Origin: a virus
Virus record (IMG/VR): IMGVR_UViG_3300029584_000162
Location: 20,779-52,778 of that record
DNA length: 32,000 nucleotides
Reading direction: 5' to 3' (one strand)
Positions within the stretch are counted from its first letter, which is position 1, and the number at the start of each line of letters is the position of its first letter. Of this stretch, positions 25,549 to 32,000 are shown in pieces. Made by a program: the position numbers and the translations under genes. The notes under the pieces are model-generated. The model searched no databases and was not told where the DNA came from. It was given only the letters and a program-made list of their open reading frames with translations.

Positions 25549-26670
25549 GTGGTTGACATCACGAATACCAGTAATTTAGCCGCTGACCGTGCGCTTGCCT
25601 ATGAAGCCATTGAAAGGCAGCCTGAAACAGAAGAAATCGCAGCTTCGAATGAACAGGAGGCCGAAGCGAAGCAACCGGGAAATATCGGCGACCATGTGGC
25701 GATGTATCTCAGCCAAATTGGCAGCATCCCCATTATGCCGCAGGTGGAAGCGAATCGCTGCATTGAAAAAGTGCAGAAGGGGAATGCCGCTGCCGAACAG
25801 CTCGAAACGCTGCGGGTGATTGCCGAGGAGAGCGGGAATGCAGTTGACCCCGAAATCAAGAAAGACCTGATGAAGGCCATAGAAGCAGGAAGATGGGCGA
25901 AAGATAAGGTTGTTGAGGGCAATCTTCGGCTTGTTGTGTCCATCGCAAAGAAATATATAAACTCAGCCGATTCTATGGTGTTCATGGACCTCATTCAGGA
26001 GGGCAACATTGGCCTCATGCGTTCCATCGACTCTTTTGACATTTCGAGGAATGTGAAGTTTTCCACCTACGCAACCTTCTGGATAAGGCAAAACATCACA
26101 AGAGCGCTTGCCACGACGGACCCAGCCATTCGCAAGCCCATCTATGTTGCGGAGGGCAGGCGGAGCGTCAATAATGCAAAAGAACAAATGCAACAAAAAG
26201 GCTTACCTTGTGATGACCCTTTAGAAATCGCAAAATACATGGAGGGGGATGCGTGGGATTCCCTTTCAAAAAGGGAGCAGCAGAAAAAACTGCGCATCAT
26301 CCAACACTCGCTCCAGTACCGGAAGCCGGACTCGTTGGATGCGCCCGTCAATTCGGACGCCGCAAGCGATTCCAACACACCGCTTTCGGAATTCATCCCA
26401 AGCCATAACGAGTGGGATAACCCGGAAATTTCAACGTCAGGGAAGGCACTATGGGAAACGATGGACAAAATCCTGCACGATATGCCCGCACGAGACGCCT
26501 GTGTGCTTCGCTTACGATTCGGATTGGAGGATGGTTGTGCTTATACCCTCAAAGAAATCGGGGACGAAATGGACTTAACGCGAGAGCGTGTCCGTCAGGT
26601 TACAGATAAAACACTCGATAAGCTACGCAACGGAAAGGCAGGGAAGATGCTTCAGGACTTTCTTGAATAA
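25549..26670 (+). CDS. RpoD/SigA-like RNA polymerase sigma-70 factor (start uncertain; the 25498 start lies inside the promoter)
   Basis: Region 2 'NLRLVVSIAKKY...DLIQEGNIGLMRSIDSFDISRNVKFSTYATFWIRQNI'; region 4 'RLRFGLEDGCAYTLKEIGDEMDLTRERVRQV'. Confidence 0.9.
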   Translation: MVDITNTSNLAADRALAYEAIERQPETEEIAASNEQEAEAKQPGNIGDHVAMYLSQIGSIPIMPQVEANRCIEKVQKGNAAAEQLETLRVIAEESGNAVDPEIKKDLMKAIEAGRWAKDKVVEGNLRLVVSIAKKYINSADSMVFMDLIQEGNIGLMRSIDSFDISRNVKFSTYATFWIRQNITRALATTDPAIRKPIYVAEGRRSVNNAKEQMQQKGLPCDDPLEIAKYMEGDAWDSLSKREQQKKLRIIQHSLQYRKPDSLDAPVNSDAASDSNTPLSEFIPSHNEWDNPEISTSGKALWETMDKILHDMPARDACVLRLRFGLEDGCAYTLKEIGDEMDLTRERVRQVTDKTLDKLRNGKAGKMLQDFLE

Positions 26671-26671
26671 G

Positions 26672-26701
26672 AAACGCCGCCCAGATGGGCGGCGTTTTTT
26701 T
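26672..26701 (+). terminator. Intrinsic terminator after the sigma factor gene
   Basis: AACGCCGCCC-AGAT-GGGCGGCGTTTTTTT. Confidence 0.85.
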
Positions 26702-26824
26702 GCTATTCTCCGTTTCTTAAATCCAATCGAGCAGTTCCGCCAGCGTGAAGCGGACATTGCGCGTGACGATATGTATTCTTCGGTTCTCAGGTTCCCAACA
26801 TTAAAATAGGCGTGTTTCCATATT

Positions 26825-26940
26825 TGCCGGTATGCTCAGAGCATACAAAGGAAGTATCTCAAACACAAAGAAAGTTCAGTCAGCGTCCGTTGCGGATGCT
26901 GGCTTTTATATATAAAAAATTCATAAACAAAAAGGAGAAA
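26825..26940 (+). repeat. Duplicated leader/regulatory element, copy 1
   Basis: Near-identical to 28866-28982; contains hairpin CAGCGTCCG-TTG-CGGATGCTG + TTTTAT and ends at AAAAAGGAG RBS. Confidence 0.85.
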
Positions 26941-26945
26941 TGAAC

Positions 26946-27311
26946 ATGAAAGCAATGATGTTTAAGAGGGGTTTCGGTGACGAAACAAAGTGGAAAGAGG
27001 TCTGCGCGGAGCTTGGGCTGCCGGAAGATACGGAGCAGGTTGAGTTGTCCGTATCCGCAACAAAGGTCCGTACCAGCCAAAACCGCAGTTGGGAAGCGAC
27101 CGACGAGGAGATGTCCCGAATTTGGGAACGCCTCGGCTCGTATTTCTTGCGCTGCGAGAGCATCTCCAGAACGAACATTCGCGTTTTCTGTGGCGGCGGA
27201 GATTCCTTTTCCGTTGTTCGCGGCACAACGCAGCCTGGATTCGTCGAGGTGGATGGACGGCTGATGGACTATGAAGCCTTTGAAGCATGGCTGTACCAGA
27301 TGGCAGCTTGA
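26946..27311 (+). CDS. Hypothetical protein
   Basis: ATG 26946 spaced from aaaggag RBS. Confidence 0.55.
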   Translation: MKAMMFKRGFGDETKWKEVCAELGLPEDTEQVELSVSATKVRTSQNRSWEATDEEMSRIWERLGSYFLRCESISRTNIRVFCGGGDSFSVVRGTTQPGFVEVDGRLMDYEAFEAWLYQMAA

Positions 27312-27324
27312 GAAAGGAGAAAAC

Positions 27325-27738
27325 ATGAACGCACAGGAAAAAATCGACCAGCTTATGCAAGCCGAGATGGAGCATATCCGTTCCGTCGGCGGCATTTTGA
27401 ATCTGCCGGAGGCCGACAGTGTTCTGAACGACCTGAACCGAGAAAAGCTGAAGGCTCTGAAGGAACTGCACGGACATCTCTACCTCGGACGCATCAACAT
27501 CCACGATACAGCCAAGCGGATTCGTATTGTGGAAGGAACCGAAGATGTGTACGAGGAAATGCTGGACCAGCCCCTATACAACTTCTGCTGTGATTTTGCC
27601 GTGCCCGTCAAGGATAAAACCTTGTCGGATTTGATTCGTGCTTGGAACGCAAGATTCGCGATTCCCGGTATGAAGGACGCGCAGAAAATCACAGAGCGTG
27701 TGGAGCAGGTTGGCGGCATAAATTTGATGTGGACTTAA
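27325..27738 (+). CDS. Hypothetical protein
   Basis: RBS gaaaggagaaaac then ATG 27325. Confidence 0.55.
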   Translation: MNAQEKIDQLMQAEMEHIRSVGGILNLPEADSVLNDLNREKLKALKELHGHLYLGRINIHDTAKRIRIVEGTEDVYEEMLDQPLYNFCCDFAVPVKDKTLSDLIRAWNARFAIPGMKDAQKITERVEQVGGINLMWT

Positions 27739-27755
27739 AAAAGGAGAAATGAAAC

Positions 27756-28751
27756 ATGAATAATAGAATCATGCCGAAGTGGAGCGAAGTAAAGGATGTC
27801 AATGGCATCAACCTTCACCTGTTCGACGCCGTACAGGTCATCACCTCCGGCAACAAGCGCCATAACCAGACGGGCAGAATCATGGCCCTTCTGAAGACCA
27901 AGCCTTACCTCCAGATGGTAGAGGTGCTGTTTCAGGACGAGAAGCGGTCAAATTTCCTTACGTCATCTCTTCGTCTCGTTGAAAGCTCAGAGGAAGAGAA
28001 GGGAAAGTCACTGGCAAAAATCGACTCCCTGAAGCTCATGGGAGCAGAAATCACCGACTCTGATTTCTGCGTTGACCGTTATAATAACGATGCTTTCCTA
28101 TTTGACGATGAAACGCAGACGTGGAACGTCATGCTGGAAGGCATTTCCGATGTGGACCGACTATTCGGAACCTTTTTTGAAACGGAGCAGAACGATTCCT
28201 ACTGTAACATCTATGCGGATGTAGACGAATACTGCACCAAGCTCGCAAAGCCATACCTCACGGTATCTCTGTGGCTCGGTGATGTCTGTGTAGAGGCAGT
28301 GCGCCCCTTATCAAAGGACGAGCAGGAAGCAGTGCTTCGCATCATCCGTCCTACCTACGAGAAGATGGACTACAAGAAGCTCCTGAAGGAGTGGGATGCG
28401 GAAGAGCAGAAATATGTGAACAGCATCATGCTGGAAGACGGCGATGGCTGCTACGGGTACAAATTCGCTGCCGATACCATTGAGGCCGCTAAGGCTGGCT
28501 TCCATGAGGTCATCTGGATGGCGATTGAGCTGAAGCAGTACCGTTCCGGTCAGGATTTCAGCGTCAACTCCTTTATCGAGGACGGTGACGGCAAGTATGT
28601 CGAGTCCGACAGGGAAGGCCACATCGTCATCAATCGCGTCGTCACAACGCAGGAACCCAGCAAGTATATCAACTGGGAGATGGCTGGCACGCTGCCATTC
28701 ATCTATACGGTGGACCGCGAGAAGAGCGAGTGGAAGCTCCACGCGACTTAA
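27756..28751 (+). CDS. Hypothetical protein
   Basis: 331-aa ORF; RBS aaaaaggag upstream. Confidence 0.6.
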   Translation: MNNRIMPKWSEVKDVNGINLHLFDAVQVITSGNKRHNQTGRIMALLKTKPYLQMVEVLFQDEKRSNFLTSSLRLVESSEEEKGKSLAKIDSLKLMGAEITDSDFCVDRYNNDAFLFDDETQTWNVMLEGISDVDRLFGTFFETEQNDSYCNIYADVDEYCTKLAKPYLTVSLWLGDVCVEAVRPLSKDEQEAVLRIIRPTYEKMDYKKLLKEWDAEEQKYVNSIMLEDGDGCYGYKFAADTIEAAKAGFHEVIWMAIELKQYRSGQDFSVNSFIEDGDGKYVESDREGHIVINRVVTTQEPSKYINWEMAGTLPFIYTVDREKSEWKLHAT

Positions 28752-28865
28752 CAACTGAAGCGTCGGTGGATGAAAATATCCGCCGGCGCTTTTTCCATGT
28801 TTTGCCACAATCGAGTTCTCATATTCTTAGGTTCTCCATCAGGAAATAGGTGATTTTTTCTCTTC

Positions 28866-28982
28866 TGCCGGTATGCTGAAATCATACAAAAGAAGTATCT
28901 CAAACACAAAGAAAGTTCAGTCAGCGTCCGTTGCGGATGCTGGCTTTTATATATAAAAATTTCATAAACAAAAAGGAGAAAC
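28866..28982 (+). repeat. Duplicated leader/regulatory element, copy 2
   Basis: See 26825-26940; same hairpin and same AAAAAGGAG end. Confidence 0.85.
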
Positions 28983-28989
28983 GAAAAAA

Positions 28990-29688
28990 ATGAAAAACAA
29001 GGCATATCTCTTACCAGCGTGCAAGACTGCTGACGGCGTTCCCATCGGCATTGGCTCCGAGGTGTACGCAATCACCTTTAAGCAGAAAGTCAACAAATAC
29101 GGTCGGCTGTATCGTCCGTCCACGAGAGAGTTGGCGGTCGTAAAAGTAACGGTGTCTACTGTGACCTTCTCCGAATTTGTGGAACCCGGTTGGTTTGGCT
29201 GGACGGGCGTTGCCTATTCGGGAATGACCGAAGTCGAATGCTCTGATGGTAAAACGAAGACGTTTTCCTACTTGCCCGGTATCGAGGTCAGCCAGTACAC
29301 CATCTTCGCATCCGAGGACGCCGCAAAGGCCGCCTTGGAGAAGGCGGAGGCGGGCGGCGGTCTCTATACGAGAGCCGGATTCCCGTTGATGCCTTCTTGG
29401 CAGATTGGCGAGGTACGGGCAGCTCTGGAGAAAGCTGAGCAGAGCACTGAGGAAGAGCCTTCCATCGTTCGCAACATCCCTTATGTCTCCGTTTGGGACG
29501 GCGGAAATTGCATTGCGGCGACAAAGGCAGACGTCTGTCTGGACACAAAGCAGGTATTCAACATTCAGACCATTGACGTTGGAGATTCTGTCAATGTTCT
29601 GAACCATGAGTACATCGTGCTGCACGGAACAGAGTATACCGTTTTCCCGAAGGGCGAAGCGAAAGACGGCGCATACTGGCGTGACTGA
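28990..29688 (+). CDS. Hypothetical protein
   Basis: 232-aa ORF after the duplicated leader and RBS. Confidence 0.6.
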   Translation: MKNKAYLLPACKTADGVPIGIGSEVYAITFKQKVNKYGRLYRPSTRELAVVKVTVSTVTFSEFVEPGWFGWTGVAYSGMTEVECSDGKTKTFSYLPGIEVSQYTIFASEDAAKAALEKAEAGGGLYTRAGFPLMPSWQIGEVRAALEKAEQSTEEEPSIVRNIPYVSVWDGGNCIAATKADVCLDTKQVFNIQTIDVGDSVNVLNHEYIVLHGTEYTVFPKGEAKDGAYWRD

Positions 29689-29712
29689 CAAAAAAGAAGG
29701 AGAATGAGAATT

Positions 29713-30378
29713 ATGACTAATATTAGTGAGAAAACCACCGGTTCCTGCAAAGACCGCGAGTATATCGTGACAGAGGTCTGCCCGCATTGCGAAGCAGAGG
29801 TCGAGATGCGATGGAATGTGGCCGCAGACGGCTACAAGGCGTTCTGCCCTCATTGCGGCAATCGGCTGATGCTCTGCGACGCCTGCCAGCATCCGGAGGG
29901 CAAGTGCGTGGAGAACTGCGATTACAACTCCGAGACCGATACCTGCCGTCATAATCAGCCTGCACAGGAGCTGAAGGTCGGCGATGTTTGTGCCTATGGC
30001 TTTGGGACGGAGAACGCTTCCCGTGCCACGGTCAAAATCGTCAAAATGCTTCCGGATTCCAACGGTGCCGCTGTGATGTTCTTGAGCGTTGAGAAGGACG
30101 ATACCGGAAACGGTATGTTCAACTACCTGCTCAAAACCGGAAATACCATGAACGCCAGCTTGAAATACCTGACGAAGATTGAGTGCAGTTCCGACCAGGA
30201 GCGGGATAACTACGCCGAACTGGAGAAGCTGTGTACGGAATGCGACGCGGAGTTCTGCGTCTTCAATCCGCATGGCATCTGCAAGCTGCCCTTCGTCACC
30301 GGAAAGGCTCCGAGACTGGGCGATGACGGCTGCCAGGACTACGCTATGAAGGATTTCATGATGAAGGAGGATTGCTGA
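29713..30378 (+). CDS. Zinc-ribbon-containing hypothetical protein
   Basis: 'CPHCEAEVEM...CPHCGNRLMLCDAC'. Confidence 0.6.
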   Translation: MTNISEKTTGSCKDREYIVTEVCPHCEAEVEMRWNVAADGYKAFCPHCGNRLMLCDACQHPEGKCVENCDYNSETDTCRHNQPAQELKVGDVCAYGFGTENASRATVKIVKMLPDSNGAAVMFLSVEKDDTGNGMFNYLLKTGNTMNASLKYLTKIECSSDQERDNYAELEKLCTECDAEFCVFNPHGICKLPFVTGKAPRLGDDGCQDYAMKDFMMKEDC

Positions 30379-30379
30379 T

Positions 30380-30784
30380 ATGCAGAAGACTTGTCTCAAC
30401 TGCACTCATGTGGGCGTGTGCTCCAAGCGGATGCAGTTCATCGTGAACAACTATCTCGTCAAAAGACACTACGACGAGATTGAGAATGTCAGCAAAACGC
30501 TCGATATCTCCGTGAACTGCGACAGCTATGCAGAAAAGGATTTCTTTTCGTTCATCTGTGCGCGGGTTCGCGACTATTCCGATGGCGAAGTCTGGAGCGA
30601 TGGGGACCAGATTCTGTGCAAGACAGAATCTGCCGCGAACGCGCTGTGCGACCTCCTGTGGCAGCTTTACAACGAACGAGGGGAGGCCTTTGACCTCCAC
30701 ACCGGCTACTACGACCACAAGGAGGACGAAAGAAATCACGAAGAAGACAGATACACCGGCTGGTGGTATGTGTCCGCCGACTGA
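30380..30784 (+). CDS. Hypothetical protein, N-terminal Cys cluster
   Basis: 'CLNCTHVGVCSKRM'; close spacing to upstream gene. Confidence 0.55.
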   Translation: MQKTCLNCTHVGVCSKRMQFIVNNYLVKRHYDEIENVSKTLDISVNCDSYAEKDFFSFICARVRDYSDGEVWSDGDQILCKTESAANALCDLLWQLYNERGEAFDLHTGYYDHKEDERNHEEDRYTGWWYVSAD

Positions 30785-30795
30785 AAGGAGAAGTA

Positions 30796-30999
30796 ATGAA
30801 AATCCGCAATATCCTTTGGGATACCGATGGCGGCAGGGAGGCTCTTGCCTCCCTGCCGAAGGAAGTCGAGCTGCCGAGTAGATTCGACCAGTCCCATTTT
30901 GCAAGTAGGGAAGAATGGCTCGACACGATTTCCAACTGGCTGTCCGACGAGTTTGGATTCTGTCATTTGGGGTTCGATGTCGGTGATGACGACATCTGA
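30796..30999 (+). CDS. Small hypothetical protein
   Basis: ATG 30796 with gaaaggagaagta upstream. Confidence 0.5.
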   Translation: MKIRNILWDTDGGREALASLPKEVELPSRFDQSHFASREEWLDTISNWLSDEFGFCHLGFDVGDDDI

Positions 31000-31037
31000 G
31001 AATCTACGATTTTTTAACAATAAGGAGAAATGAAAAA

Positions 31038-31955
31038 ATGGGAAAAGGTAATGTTTGTGTGAGCGGTCCGTATGAGGGCCTGTTCTATATCGACAACGAC
31101 TATACCACAGTGCTTCGCCGCGAGGATGACTGTGAGGATACCATCCTCCGGAAAGACCTCAGCGCCAAGGATTTGTCCGGCAGCGACTGGCTCTTCGATG
31201 ACGAAGGCAGTGCGAACGAGCTGGAGGATGTGCTGGAGTGCTTTGTGGAGAACTTCACGCACAGGTATCCCAGCTTTGCGCGTGTCAAGCAGGACAAGTG
31301 GCTTGGCCGCAATGTGCGCGTCATCCTCGAAAGCAGCCTGTTTTACATCGGCATTGAGGACAGCGACTGGGCCTATGCCGTGGAACTGCTTCAGAAGGAT
31401 AACCCCTGTTCGGAGGGTTTCCAGAGGAAGCACTACAAGGCGTACCTTGACGGCATGAAAGCAGCCCTGCTGGAGCGCCTGCCAAGCATCGGCACCTACA
31501 CGGGGCCGTGGACGCATGGCACCATCCGCAGGGAGCCTGTCAAGGACAACGACCTCCTCGCCGAGGCCGGCGACCGCATCGACAACGCAGTGTTCGACTT
31601 CATCTGCGCGGTTGTCACAGGCCACAGCGTAAACGGGGAAGCGCCGAAAGAGGCTCTTCTTGCAGCTGTGAATGAGCTTTCCGTGGAACACGTCAACGCG
31701 CTTCCGGAGGGCCTCCTGTCTGACGCTACGGACGAGGCGAAGGAAGCCGCCGGCGAACACTCCTTACAGGAGGATGCCGACGACGGGCTTCCGCTTCGCT
31801 GGGATATGGCCGCCATTGGTCCTGTGGCCGACTATCTGGAAACCGCGCTTTCCGCACGGTTCCGCATCAATACCTGCCACCCCTGGCAGGATGATACCGA
31901 GTGCATCTGCTACGCGACAGACGAGCGCTGCCCGTACTGCACCCACAAAATTTGA
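31038..31955 (+). CDS. Hypothetical protein with C-terminal CxxC
   Basis: 305-aa ORF, RBS aaggagaaatgaaaaa. Confidence 0.6.
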   Translation: MGKGNVCVSGPYEGLFYIDNDYTTVLRREDDCEDTILRKDLSAKDLSGSDWLFDDEGSANELEDVLECFVENFTHRYPSFARVKQDKWLGRNVRVILESSLFYIGIEDSDWAYAVELLQKDNPCSEGFQRKHYKAYLDGMKAALLERLPSIGTYTGPWTHGTIRREPVKDNDLLAEAGDRIDNAVFDFICAVVTGHSVNGEAPKEALLAAVNELSVEHVNALPEGLLSDATDEAKEAAGEHSLQEDADDGLPLRWDMAAIGPVADYLETALSARFRINTCHPWQDDTECICYATDERCPYCTHKI

Positions 31956-31959
31956 TAAA

Positions 31960-31992
31960 AAAGCGCCGCCCGTAATGGACGGCGCTTTTTCT
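31960..31992 (+). terminator. Intrinsic terminator
   Basis: AAGCGCCGCCC-GTAATGG-ACGGCGCTTTTT. Confidence 0.8.
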
Positions 31993-32000
31993 TTGCAGTT

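Noticed and set aside
29011-30405. 464-aa minus-strand ORF
   Set aside because: Antisense to several + strand ORFs with good RBSs; composition typical of a shadow frame.
1-32000. tRNA or rRNA genes
   Set aside because: No sequence recognisable as a tRNA or rRNA on reading; not scanned with a model.

Overview
This window looks like part of a Firmicutes/Clostridia-type conjugative or integrative accessory element. Nearly all credible genes are on the + strand. The left part carries signal peptidase I, an S1-like protein, a PrgI-like protein and a VirB4/TraE-type ATPase. These are followed by hypothetical cargo, a NERD-domain protein, a YwbE/zinc-ribbon fusion, a TnpB-only IS605-type element, a UvrD-like helicase, many small operonic ORFs and an element-encoded RpoD-like sigma factor. 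The most interesting locus is about 18.48-21.85 kb. An IscB homolog (464 aa) there has lost the canonical RuvC residues: RuvC-I D->G59, RuvC-II E->K154, RuvC-III H->C310. It keeps the HNH histidine pair, the Arg-rich bridge helix and the PLMP-like domain. Directly upstream is a 4-unit CRISPR-like array (36-nt repeats, 29-31-nt unrelated spacers). Upstream of that is an omega-RNA-like scaffold that carries an anti-repeat to those repeats, like a tracrRNA, instead of a covalently attached guide segment. A second scaffold copy (~94% identical by hand count, gapless over 332 nt) with two short-period repeats sits ~1.36 kb upstream in front of a membrane-protein gene. CRISPR-associated IscBs are known, but a RuvC-substituted IscB with a split omega-RNA, a mini-array and a duplicated scaffold deserves priority. 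All calls are from reading the sequence; no database search or folding was run.
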